The notes beneath the pieces were generated by a model. It had not been told where the DNA came from and ran no database searches. It saw only the letters and a program-made list of their open reading frames with translations. A stretch of 64,000 bases of DNA, taken from Candidatus Cloacimonadales bacterium. Lineage in GTDB: Bacteria > Cloacimonadota > Cloacimonadia > Cloacimonadales > JAFGVF01. Shown in pieces: positions 29,379 through 38,786 of the stretch; position 1 is the stretch's first letter; each line of letters starts with the position of its first letter. The stretch lies in assembly GCA_963662585.1 (NCBI GenBank), contig OY759729.1, forward strand, positions 1,344,001 through 1,408,000, read 5' to 3'. The position numbers were made by a program, and so were the translations under genes.

Positions 29379-30443
29379 ATGCAAAATGAATTCAATCAAG
29401 AGTTAAAGAGACTAATTGATGATATGAATAGCAGTTTAAGATCTGTGATTTTGGATAAACAGTTTGAGATTGCACCTTATACTAAAAGTGCAAATTCAGA
29501 AAAACGGCGTGAAGCAAGTTTGAAAGATATAGGCTATAATCTATCTTACCTAGCTCAGGCAATTGAATTAAATTCACCTGCACCATTTATCTCTTACTCC
29601 AAATGGTTGAAAGGCCTAATGCTAGATTTAGGATTTTCAATAACTTCTATTGTTGAAAATTTCGAAGCAATGAAGATTGTTCTTTTAGAAACTTTCCCAG
29701 TAGACTATCATCATATTATTGGAGAATATATAGATAAGGGACTTGAGGAGTTAATGAGAGAATATGTACCTGAATCAAGTTATATTGACCCTTCAAATCC
29801 TTATGGTAAATATGCTCTGGACTTTCTTTCTTTTGCATTAGCAGGCAAGAGACATGAAGCATCTAAATTGATTCTCTCCTTAGTGAAAAAGAGAATACCT
29901 ATTAAGACTATATATTTAGATATTTTGCAAAAAGTTCAATATGAGGTCGGGCACTTGTGGCATACAAACAAAGTAAGTATAGCCCAAGAACATTATATTA
30001 CCAGTTTAATTCAATTAGTTATTTCCCAATTATACCCTTATATTCTTAATCAAAACCCTAGCAATAAGACTTTAGTTGCAGCCTGTGTTAGTGGAGAATT
30101 ACATGAAATAGGCATAAGAATGTTGGCTGATATCTTTGAAATTGAGGGCTGGAATACTTGGTATTTAGGCTCTAATTTACCAGACAAAGAAATTGTTAAT
30201 ATGATTAAAGAAAAAAAACCAGATGTTATCGCCCTATCTGTTACCATAATGTTCCATTTAGATAAGCTAACAAAACTAATCAAGCAAATTAGAGATGCAG
30301 GTATCATGACACCTATTATGGTAGGTGGCTATCCTTTTAATCATGACGAGAATTTGTGGAAAAAAGTTGGTGCTGATGGTTGGGCAATGGACCCTGAACA
30401 TGCTCTCGAATATGCAGATCATTTAAAAACTTTAGTAGGATAA
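29379..30443 (+). CDS. Cobalamin-binding sensor protein 1 (globin-like N-domain + four-helix cap + Rossmann B12-binding domain)
   Basis: KDIGYNLSYLAQAI globin/phycobilin-like helix; W-x9-EH (LWHTNKVSIAQEH); GELHEIG; ALSVT; MVGGYPF; VGADG. Confidence 0.85.
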   Translation: MQNEFNQELKRLIDDMNSSLRSVILDKQFEIAPYTKSANSEKRREASLKDIGYNLSYLAQAIELNSPAPFISYSKWLKGLMLDLGFSITSIVENFEAMKIVLLETFPVDYHHIIGEYIDKGLEELMREYVPESSYIDPSNPYGKYALDFLSFALAGKRHEASKLILSLVKKRIPIKTIYLDILQKVQYEVGHLWHTNKVSIAQEHYITSLIQLVISQLYPYILNQNPSNKTLVAACVSGELHEIGIRMLADIFEIEGWNTWYLGSNLPDKEIVNMIKEKKPDVIALSVTIMFHLDKLTKLIKQIRDAGIMTPIMVGGYPFNHDENLWKKVGADGWAMDPEHALEYADHLKTLVG

Positions 30444-30453
30444 AACAACTATA

Positions 30454-31542
30454 ATGAGAAAAGCAATATTTGCCCTAAAATGTACAACTTTAGGTGTTAT
30501 AGATAAGATTATTTTTAACAATTCCAATAAGATAGATATTCATCCAGGACAGAAATTTGTTGAACTTTTCGATGAAGCAACTTATGAGAAAGCCCAAGCT
30601 TTCTTTCTACAGTCTAAAAAAACCGATGAATGCAGTTATTCTGAATATGAACTATTCGTTCCTACTAAGGAAGAATTTTGTTTGTTATATTTTAAAAGCC
30701 TGGCCGTTGATGACTACTACCTTATCATTGCTGAAGAAGAAGAGAATGATTATTATCAACTATTTGGTAGTTTGACAAGTATTAATAATGAGTTAATTCT
30801 CACCCAAAAAGCACTGAATAAAAAGAATAAAGAGCTTTTAGAAGTTAATGAATTAAAGAACCGTTTAGTAGGTGTGGCAGCTCATGACTTGAGAAATCCC
30901 ATCTCTGTAATTTATAGCTATAGTCAGTTACTGCTTGAAGATTGTAGAGATAAAGTAGAAGAAGATAATTATGAATTTATCGATAATATTAATTCTACAG
31001 CAAAATTCATGTTAAGTCTTGTAGAAGAATTATTGGATTTGACTTATTTAGAATCTGGTAAGGTAAGTCTAAAAACTGAGAATGTTGATTTCTGTGATCT
31101 TTTCGATGAAAATATAAAATATGCAATTACTTTAAGTGCAAAAAAGAATATTAAGATTGAGGCAAAAAAGCCAGAGTATGAAATATCGGTAAAAATAGAT
31201 AGAAATAAGATTCAGCAGGTAATTAGCAATTTTATCAGCAATGCAATTAAATATTCTGATCAGAACTCAAAAATAGTCATTGCCTGTGAAATAGTTAATA
31301 ATAATGTAATATTTTCATGTAAAGATGAAGGTTACGGCATTGATGATAAAGAATTTGACCTAATCTTCGAACCTTTCAAAAAAGCTAATTCAAGTCAGTA
31401 TATACAAGAGCAGTCAACAGGTTTAGGCCTAACAATATCCAAGCAAATCATTAAAGCCCATAATGGGAGTATCTGGTTAGAGAGTCAAGTTAATAAAGGC
31501 TCTACTTTCTATTTTTCTTTGCCCTTGTTAATGATTCCCTAG
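30454..31542 (+). CDS. Soluble sensor histidine kinase 1
   Basis: H-box AAHDLRNPI, N-box NFISNAIKYS, DEGYGI, STGLGL, GSTFYFSLP; no TM segment. Confidence 0.93.
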   Translation: MRKAIFALKCTTLGVIDKIIFNNSNKIDIHPGQKFVELFDEATYEKAQAFFLQSKKTDECSYSEYELFVPTKEEFCLLYFKSLAVDDYYLIIAEEEENDYYQLFGSLTSINNELILTQKALNKKNKELLEVNELKNRLVGVAAHDLRNPISVIYSYSQLLLEDCRDKVEEDNYEFIDNINSTAKFMLSLVEELLDLTYLESGKVSLKTENVDFCDLFDENIKYAITLSAKKNIKIEAKKPEYEISVKIDRNKIQQVISNFISNAIKYSDQNSKIVIACEIVNNNVIFSCKDEGYGIDDKEFDLIFEPFKKANSSQYIQEQSTGLGLTISKQIIKAHNGSIWLESQVNKGSTFYFSLPLLMIP

Positions 31543-31620
31543 GCTATTTAAAAACATTTTACAATGAAATTACTTAAGAAGTGTATAATCAAAATTTACT
31601 TTCGGAGAACAAGAAAAATA

Positions 31621-31650
31621 TTGACACAGAATTAGTTTAACTTATTATTA
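31621..31650 (+). promoter_or_regulatory. Possible sigma70-type promoter of the second sensor/kinase pair
   Basis: TTGACA at 31621 with TATTAT 16 nt downstream. Confidence 0.4.
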
Positions 31651-31680
31651 TATTAAAAGAAACATATTGGTGGAATAGAT

Positions 31681-32751
31681 ATGGATAAAGATTTATATCA
31701 TGAATTAAAAGTATTATTAGATCTAAATAATTTTAAATTACGATCACTTATCTTAAAAAAACATTTTGAAATGTCTCCGGAGCTAACAATAAAGTACTCC
31801 GAAAAGCAAAAAAATTATTATTTAAGAGATATTGGGTTTAACTTATCTTATTTAGCCCAAGCAATTAATCTACAGTCACCTAATTTATTTAGTTCTTATT
31901 CTAAATGGTTGAAGAATTTAATGCAAAACTTGGGTGTTTCTCTTCCCACCTTAATTGCCAACTTTCAAGCAATGTCAGAAGTATTGAAAAATGAGTTTCC
32001 CTCCTGTTATCATGAAATAATTTCATCTTATATTGAAGAAGGGACTCAGATGTTAACTCAAGAGATTATGGAAAAATCCACTTTGATAGATCCAACTAAC
32101 CATTATAGTAAGTATGCTGAAGAATTTCTCCTTTATGTGCTAAATGGTAGGAAGTCAAATGCTTCAGAGCTTATACTATCTTTAGTTAAGAATGGTGTAT
32201 CTATCAAGAAAATATATATCGATATATTACAACAAGTTCAATATGAAATTGGTCATCTATGGCAAACAAATAAAATTAGTATTGCCCAAGAACATTATGC
32301 CACTAGTGTAACACAATTAGTAATTTCCCAAATGTACCCTTATCTTTTTACTGGGAAACATAAGAATAAAGTTCTTTTAACTTCTTGTGTTAGTGGAGAA
32401 TTACATGAAATAGGATTAAGAATGCTTACAGATATTTTTGAGATCGAGGGCTGGGATACTTGGTATTTGGGGGCAAATCTACCTGATGAATCAATTATTG
32501 AAATGGTTAAAGAAAAGAAACCAGATATTATCGCCTTATCTGTTACTGTAATGTTCTATTTAGAAAAGCTTAAGAGTTTGATTGAAGAAATCAGAAAAGC
32601 AGGAATTACTACTCCAATAATGGTAGGAGGATATCCATTTATCAATGATAAGCATTTATGGAAAAAGATTGGAGCAGATGGCTGGGCAATAGATCCCGAA
32701 AGAGCACTTAATGTTGCAGATAAATTAATCAAAACTGCAGGAAGTGAATAA
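31681..32751 (+). CDS. Cobalamin-binding sensor protein 2 (paralogue of 29379-30443)
   Basis: RDIGFNLSYLAQAI; LWQTNKISIAQEH; GELHEIG; MVGGYPF. Confidence 0.85.
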   Translation: MDKDLYHELKVLLDLNNFKLRSLILKKHFEMSPELTIKYSEKQKNYYLRDIGFNLSYLAQAINLQSPNLFSSYSKWLKNLMQNLGVSLPTLIANFQAMSEVLKNEFPSCYHEIISSYIEEGTQMLTQEIMEKSTLIDPTNHYSKYAEEFLLYVLNGRKSNASELILSLVKNGVSIKKIYIDILQQVQYEIGHLWQTNKISIAQEHYATSVTQLVISQMYPYLFTGKHKNKVLLTSCVSGELHEIGLRMLTDIFEIEGWDTWYLGANLPDESIIEMVKEKKPDIIALSVTVMFYLEKLKSLIEEIRKAGITTPIMVGGYPFINDKHLWKKIGADGWAIDPERALNVADKLIKTAGSE

Positions 32752-32752
32752 T

Positions 32753-33943
32753 ATGAGAAAAATCTTACTAGCCTTAAATTGTGATCTCACAGGAGTAATA
32801 ACAGAAGTAGTTATTAATAAAATATCAAATTATCAAATCAAGATAGGGACTACTTTTGTGGAATTGTTTGATAAAGCAAATTACGAAAAAGCTCAGATAT
32901 TTTTTCTTCAATCAGTCAAGTTAGAGGATAGTTTATATGATGAACAAGAATTATTACTACCAACAAGAAATGATACTTTTTTATTATATTTTAAAGGACT
33001 CTTAATTGGTGAGCAGAATTTAATTATTGCTGAAAGTGAAGAGAAAGATTATTTAAATCTTTTTGGAACATTAACCAGCATAAATAATGAGTTAAACAAT
33101 GTTCTAAGAAGTTTGTATAAAACTACTCTTGATAGTCAATCCAGTAGCTTGAAAAGCGATAAAATGCTCTCAGATTTTTCCAAATTAAACAATGAATTAA
33201 TTGAAACTCAAAATATTCTAAAAGTTAAGAATCTTGAGTTATCTAAAATCAATGATTTAAAGAACAAGTTAGTTGGTGTAGCAGCACATGATTTGAGAAA
33301 TCCCATTTCTTTAGTCTATAGCTATAGCCAGTTGCTTCTAGAAGATTACCTTGATAAAGAAAATGAAGAAGCCCAAGAGTTTATAGGAATAATTAATTCA
33401 ACATCAAAATTCATGTTATCTTTAGTTGAAGATCTGCTTGATTTATCCTATTTAGAATCAGGTGAAGTTATTTTAAAACTAGAAGTTTGTGATTTTAAAG
33501 CCATTTTCTGTGAGAATATAAATTTTGCTAGTACTTTAGGAGCTAAAAAAGGAATTAGAATTGTCTCAGAAAATCCTATAGCAAGTATTTATGTGAACAT
33601 CGACAAAAACAAGATTCAACAAGTAATAAATAATTTTGTTAGTAATGCAATAAAATATTCACACCCTAATTCTACTATTTATATTTCTTGTTATCTAAAA
33701 AATGATGAGTTAATTTTCTGCTGTAGAGATGAAGGTTTTGGTATAAGCTCAAATGAGTTTGAAATAGTATTCGAACCTTTCAAAAAAGCAAAGTCGAGTC
33801 AATACATCAAAGAACAATCAACAGGTTTAGGTTTAGCAATTTCCAAACAAATCATTAAAGCCCATAATGGTAAAATTTGGTTAGAGAGTCAAGTTGATAA
33901 AGGCTCTACTTTCTATTTTTCACTACCATTACATAAAGAATAA
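32753..33943 (+). CDS. Soluble sensor histidine kinase 2 (paralogue of 30454-31542)
   Basis: AAHDLRNPI, NFVSNAIKYS, STGLGL; start set to MRKILL by analogy with the paralogue (alternative GTG at 32744). Confidence 0.93.
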   Translation: MRKILLALNCDLTGVITEVVINKISNYQIKIGTTFVELFDKANYEKAQIFFLQSVKLEDSLYDEQELLLPTRNDTFLLYFKGLLIGEQNLIIAESEEKDYLNLFGTLTSINNELNNVLRSLYKTTLDSQSSSLKSDKMLSDFSKLNNELIETQNILKVKNLELSKINDLKNKLVGVAAHDLRNPISLVYSYSQLLLEDYLDKENEEAQEFIGIINSTSKFMLSLVEDLLDLSYLESGEVILKLEVCDFKAIFCENINFASTLGAKKGIRIVSENPIASIYVNIDKNKIQQVINNFVSNAIKYSHPNSTIYISCYLKNDELIFCCRDEGFGISSNEFEIVFEPFKKAKSSQYIKEQSTGLGLAISKQIIKAHNGKIWLESQVDKGSTFYFSLPLHKE

Positions 33944-33968
33944 CTTATTTTTGAATTTTTGCAGAATG

Positions 33969-34000
33969 AAATCAAGCCCTACTCTTGCAGGGCTTGATTT
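33969..34000. terminator. Bidirectional intrinsic terminator between convergent genes
   Basis: AAATCAAGCCCT / AGGGCTTGATTT 12-bp stem. Confidence 0.8.
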
Positions 34001-34061
34001 ATATTTATTAGTAACTTATCTCTAAATACTTCATTTTTTTGCACTTTATTAAGGTAAAAGT

Positions 34062-35321
34062 TTATTCTCCTCCCATACCAAAACTAAAGGTGAGAATTGT
34101 CTGTTCATTAGTGAAGTTATAGGCTACTCCGAATCCCAAAGCAGGAATAGCTACTTTATCAAAATATATTTTTAGTTCACTTCCAATCCCGTGATATTTC
34201 TCATTAAGTCCGTCATTATGATAATATCCTCCTTCATAGTAGTAGGAAAGAGTAGGATTTAGTTTATGTTGACTAATTAAAGTGTGTTCTACAATAAAAG
34301 CTCCATTGATCCAATCATCAGCCCAAATTTTCATATTAGGAAGAGATTTTGTCCCATGATAGGTGCTTAAGACATCTTCAGCATTATCAGGTCTATCGAA
34401 TAAGCCAATAGTGTTTTTGACTTTAAAATTAATCTTGGAATCGTAAGTTTGGGAATAAGATAATTTGGTGTAAGAACGGAAGAAATCATCATAATTATCA
34501 TCTAAAGAAAAAACTCGAGAAGTTAGAGATTCGGCTTGAAATCCATCTCTAAAGAGAAAGTTCTGGCTAGTATTATCATACTTTACTAATAAACCAGGGT
34601 AGAGTAAATTTGCGTCTTTTTCCAAATTACCCTCTTCATTATCCATTTTGATTTTTTGCCACTCCATATCAGGCCCAATAGTAAGTTTCTTATCAAGGAA
34701 TTTCTTCCCAATGCTTGCCCCAAAATTTATTGTTTTCTGCTTACTCTCATAATAGGCAGGGTTTTCAAAAATATCGCTCATTTCAATTTCATTAGTACGA
34801 TAATTAATTATTAATTTACCTGAATATTCATTATTGAGCATTTCGTCTTGAGTTAGAAGGATGAAAGTTGTAATATCATTTTTACCAAAAGCTCCAACTC
34901 CAAGCAAGGTTGCCCCGTATCCCCAGAAATTACTATCTAAGGCAGCTCCACCATACATTTTATCTCCATCAACCGAATTAAAGAAAGGAACAGCAAAGAG
35001 GGAGAATTTTTCTGCTACAGTAATTATCATAACTGCTTCATTTTCAGTTGGGAAAAATTCAACTACCTTATCTAAGGCAAAAATCTTTTTATCATCAATT
35101 CTTTTATAGATATTTTGCACATCATATTCTGATATGAAATTATCATTACTTATTCCTATCCATTTGATGAATGTTTTTTCTGTAGTTCTTCTAAGTCCAT
35201 TTACTGTTATTTCAGTTACTTTCCTATCTCCATATTGTTCAATAAATTGTTTTTGTTCAAGAGCAAAATTACTTATTGCAATTAAGGATAGCAGTAACAT
35301 TAAAATTATCTTTTTTGACAT
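34062..35321 (-). CDS. Outer membrane protein, Omp85/BamA-TamA-like with one POTRA domain
   Basis: Signal peptide; VTEITVNGLRRTTE POTRA-like start; DSNFWGYG; amphipathic beta-strands. Confidence 0.65.
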   Translation of the reverse strand: MSKKIILMLLLSLIAISNFALEQKQFIEQYGDRKVTEITVNGLRRTTEKTFIKWIGISNDNFISEYDVQNIYKRIDDKKIFALDKVVEFFPTENEAVMIITVAEKFSLFAVPFFNSVDGDKMYGGAALDSNFWGYGATLLGVGAFGKNDITTFILLTQDEMLNNEYSGKLIINYRTNEIEMSDIFENPAYYESKQKTINFGASIGKKFLDKKLTIGPDMEWQKIKMDNEEGNLEKDANLLYPGLLVKYDNTSQNFLFRDGFQAESLTSRVFSLDDNYDDFFRSYTKLSYSQTYDSKINFKVKNTIGLFDRPDNAEDVLSTYHGTKSLPNMKIWADDWINGAFIVEHTLISQHKLNPTLSYYYEGGYYHNDGLNEKYHGIGSELKIYFDKVAIPALGFGVAYNFTNEQTILTFSFGMGGE

Positions 35322-35504
35322 TTAAACCTCTTTTATTAATAATTTCGTCATATTTTTTTGTTATTCATTACCGTCAAGATTTTGTTAAACCTACAATATA
35401 AAATAATAAAGCATTAGTATCAGTTTCCAAATTATTATTGATATATTTTTTAATTGACATATTATACATCGATTTTAAATTTATAAAAAACATATTTTAA
35501 CCTG

Positions 35505-35657
35505 AATGCTGCAGTAGAGCTTTACAGAAGAGTGCAGATTCTTTTAGATAAAGGTTTTACAGAATTTATCAGCCTATAATATATATACTCTGAGAAATTA
35601 TGTAAAATGCTTTAGCAAATGAATATAGTGCTATTCTAAAAGATCTACTGCATTATT
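35505..35657. repeat. Long imperfect palindrome (~150 nt) in the leader of the sigma-54 regulator
   Basis: tgcagtagagcttt/aaagatctactgca outer arms and aaaggttttacagaatttatcag/ctgagaaattatgtaaaatgcttt inner arms. Confidence 0.7.
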
Positions 35658-35675
35658 TGGGTTTAAAGGGATATT

Positions 35676-37070
35676 ATGAAAAAAGTGCTGATTATTGATG
35701 ATAACAGAGATATTCATACTGTTTTAGAAGGCTTATTAAGTTCTAATAAGAACTTAAGTTTTTTTCATGCTTATAACGGTATGGAAGGATATCATAAATT
35801 ACAGCAAATAGAACCTGACTTAGCAATTCTAGACAACCAGATGCCAGTAATGTCGGGCTTTGAACTATTAGAAAAATTGCAAAGGGAGAATAAGAAATTC
35901 CCTATTATAATGCTAACTGCCTTTGGTCAGATTTCTGATGCTGTTCAGGCAATTAAATTAGGAGCAATTGATTATCTTACTAAGCCTTTTAATGATGAAC
36001 AATTTAATCTCATTATTAATAAAGCCCTTAAAATCGGTAGTCTTAAAATTAAATCAAAACAGGTTAATAACTATAATTCAGTCCAGCAAGCTAATCACAC
36101 TAAATATAATATTATCGGTGAAAGTAGAGTCTTTAAAGAACTACTTAAGAATGCTCAACTAGTGGCTCCTACAGATATTACAGTTATTGTTAATGGAAGT
36201 AATGGTACAGGGAAAGAGGAGATAGCTAAGTATATTCACTATAATAGTGAGAGGAGTAATAGACCATTTATAGCAATAGATTGTGGAGCAATTCCTGAGA
36301 ATCTGTTTGAAAGAGAGATGTTTGGCGCTGTTAAAGGTGCTTATACAGGAGCAGACTCAGATTCTACGGGTTTCTTTGAAGCTGCTAATGGTGGAACAAT
36401 CTTTATGGATGAAATTGGTAATCTGCCAACTTCGGCTCAATCTTCTTTGCTAAGAGTATTACAGAATAAAGTTTTTCGCCGAGTAGGTGGATTAGAAGAG
36501 CTTACTGCTGATGTTAGATTAATTTCAGCGACCAATGCTAAGCTCCTTGATGAAGTAAGTAAAGGACATTTTAGGGAAGATCTCTTTCACAGAATTAACG
36601 GTTTTGATTTAACTATTCCTGATTTAAAAGATAGAAAAGAAGATATCCCCCTTTTGGTAAATTATTTTATTACTAAATTCAATGCAGAATTAAAACGCAA
36701 TGTTCAGCAAATTTCCCCTGAAGCTAGTGAGATATTAAAGAATCATGCTTGGACTGGTAATATCAGAGAGCTTATTAATACTATTCAAAAAGCTGTATTA
36801 CTTTGCTCTAATTCAACCCTTAAACCAAAACATCTTAATATTACTCCTTCAGAAGAAATAAAAGATTTTAAAAAAGAGAGCGATTTTATCAATGATATCA
36901 TCAATAAACCTATCTCCATTGCAAAGAAGATAGAAATCTTTGAGAAAGAGGTAATTAAAAGAGCGGTTGAAGAAAATAATGGTAATAAAACTTCTACGGC
37001 GAATTGGCTGAAGATTAGCCGAAAAACCCTTTATGAGAAGTTAAAGAAGTTTGGTCTTTTTGGAGAATGA
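35676..37070 (+). CDS. Sigma-54-dependent NtrC-family response regulator (REC-AAA+-Fis HTH)
   Basis: IIDDN, LDNQMP, GSNGTGKE, GAYTGA, FMDEIG, FREDLFHRI, WTGNIREL, ISRKTLYEKL. Confidence 0.95.
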   Translation: MKKVLIIDDNRDIHTVLEGLLSSNKNLSFFHAYNGMEGYHKLQQIEPDLAILDNQMPVMSGFELLEKLQRENKKFPIIMLTAFGQISDAVQAIKLGAIDYLTKPFNDEQFNLIINKALKIGSLKIKSKQVNNYNSVQQANHTKYNIIGESRVFKELLKNAQLVAPTDITVIVNGSNGTGKEEIAKYIHYNSERSNRPFIAIDCGAIPENLFEREMFGAVKGAYTGADSDSTGFFEAANGGTIFMDEIGNLPTSAQSSLLRVLQNKVFRRVGGLEELTADVRLISATNAKLLDEVSKGHFREDLFHRINGFDLTIPDLKDRKEDIPLLVNYFITKFNAELKRNVQQISPEASEILKNHAWTGNIRELINTIQKAVLLCSNSTLKPKHLNITPSEEIKDFKKESDFINDIINKPISIAKKIEIFEKEVIKRAVEENNGNKTSTANWLKISRKTLYEKLKKFGLFGE

Positions 37071-37396
37071 TTCTTTATTATCCAAATAAGTCAGTAGCTT
37101 TCAACCAAGTCTCACAGTTAAATATAAACTAAATAATTAAATGAATTGACTTATTCTTTATAAAATATTTAATGACACTATACAATATTATTTGATTCTA
37201 AGCAAAAAGAATAATTACCAAAAGGTGAGCAATTTTAATATTCCCCCGAGAAGAAATTTCTAGGGTATATATTTGTTAGAATAATTTTGTAATAATTTTT
37301 AGTGTTTATGATTTTCTTAATCTCCAAATTAATAAAAATGACAGGTATTCAATAATATCTAAACACTTATCAATCAAAAAAGAAGGTAAAATATTT

Positions 37397-38455
37397 ATGA
37401 ATGATACATTCACAGGAATATTAATCAAGAGAAAACCAGTTTCTAAAATAGTTACTCCTGATGATATAAATAATAGAAATCCTATAACTATTTCTAGTAA
37501 GTTAGTGAATAAGTTAAGACTAGAACATGGTTTAAGAATGACAGTTACTTACAAAACTGTAAAAGGAACTAAAGTAGTTGATGAAATCTTAGAGATTTGT
37601 GGGAAAAAACCTGAAGTATATTATGAAAGAAGAGAACTCAGCAGTTACACTGTTATAAATCCTGAAGATAAATTCTCTTTTCACAAAAGTAGTTTCAACT
37701 CTCTCAGATTAATAGATAAATTTTCTCCAATTGCTAGAGGATCTCGTGCTTTAATAGTCTCTCCCCCTCGTTCAGGTAAAACAACTCTCCTTAAAGAACT
37801 AGCTCAAGATTTCAACAGAAACTACCCTAATGTTCTTCCTATTGTTGTCTTGGTTGATGAAAGACCAGAGGAAATTACTGATTTTAGAAGAGAAACAAAT
37901 GCTATAGTTCTTGCAAGTAGCAATGACCAAAATCTCGGAGCTCATGTATTCATTACTTCCTTGGCTATGAGTATTGCTAAAAATGAGTTAGAATGTGGTA
38001 ATGAAGTCGTATTCTTAGTTGATAGCTTGACTCGTATTGGTAGAGTTTATAACCTTAATCATAAAGGTAATGGAAAAGTTATGAGCGGTGGAATTACTGC
38101 TGGTGCTTTAGAAATTCCTCGTAAATTCTTTGGCTTAGCTCGTAATATCGAAAACGGGGGTTCTCTCTCAATTATTGCAACTATCTTAGTTGATACAGGT
38201 TCTCGTATGGATCAGCTTATCTTTGAAGAGTTTAAAGGAACAGGTAACTGCGAGATTATTCTTGATCGTGAGATAGCAGACAATAGAATCTTCCCTGCAA
38301 TTGATATCCTTCATAGCGGTACCAGAAGAGATGAACTCTTCTATGATGCTGAAGAGTATGAAAGAATTAATCAATATAGAAGAACACTTCTTCAAAAAGA
38401 TAAAGTAGCTGCTATTAAAGATGCAATTAATACTGTTGAAAAAGAGATGTTATAA
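37397..38455 (+). CDS. rho: Transcription termination factor Rho, short form
   Basis: ALIVSPPRSGKTT, VDERPEEITD, DSLTR, KFFGLARN, TGSRMD..IFEEFKGTGN, SGTRRDELF; only 352 aa. Confidence 0.88.
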   Translation: MNDTFTGILIKRKPVSKIVTPDDINNRNPITISSKLVNKLRLEHGLRMTVTYKTVKGTKVVDEILEICGKKPEVYYERRELSSYTVINPEDKFSFHKSSFNSLRLIDKFSPIARGSRALIVSPPRSGKTTLLKELAQDFNRNYPNVLPIVVLVDERPEEITDFRRETNAIVLASSNDQNLGAHVFITSLAMSIAKNELECGNEVVFLVDSLTRIGRVYNLNHKGNGKVMSGGITAGALEIPRKFFGLARNIENGGSLSIIATILVDTGSRMDQLIFEEFKGTGNCEIILDREIADNRIFPAIDILHSGTRRDELFYDAEEYERINQYRRTLLQKDKVAAIKDAINTVEKEML

Positions 38456-38498
38456 TTTACTTAAGGACTAAGTAAAATTATAAATTAAATATATACTG

Positions 38499-38559
38499 TT
38501 AACTCCCCTTTCAAATCTTTTTTGAGCTGAAAGGGGAGTTAATTTATTGCTTTTTTTTT
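38499..38559 (+). terminator. Strong hairpin/intrinsic terminator after rho
   Basis: TTAACTCCCCTTTCA / TGAAAGGGGAGTTAA 15-bp stem followed by a T-rich tract. Confidence 0.75.
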
Positions 38560-38786
38560 CGAAAAAAAGGCACTCTTTCAAGTAAAGTGGATCTTAGAAG
38601 AAAAAGTAATATGGCAAGGGACTTCGGGCGAAAGAAAGTTGCCCAACAATTACCTAAGCTACAGAGGCAGTGACACAGGATAGTGAACACCTTCTTCGCT
38701 TCACTGCGATAGCAATGAGAAAGCTTGACTCTGTGATAAGAGTCATCTTCCTAGTGAAATTCGTGTAATTCATGCTTAGCTTTTTC

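Noticed and set aside
29379..32751. Methyltransferase corrinoid proteins (MtaC/MetH-like)
   Set aside because: They have ExH and W-x9-EH rather than DxHxxG with a methyltransferase cap, and are paired with kinases rather than methyltransferases; not excluded experimentally
35505..35657. 6S RNA
   Set aside because: Rod-like, but there is no clear central bubble or recognisable 6S consensus; kept only as an unexplained palindrome
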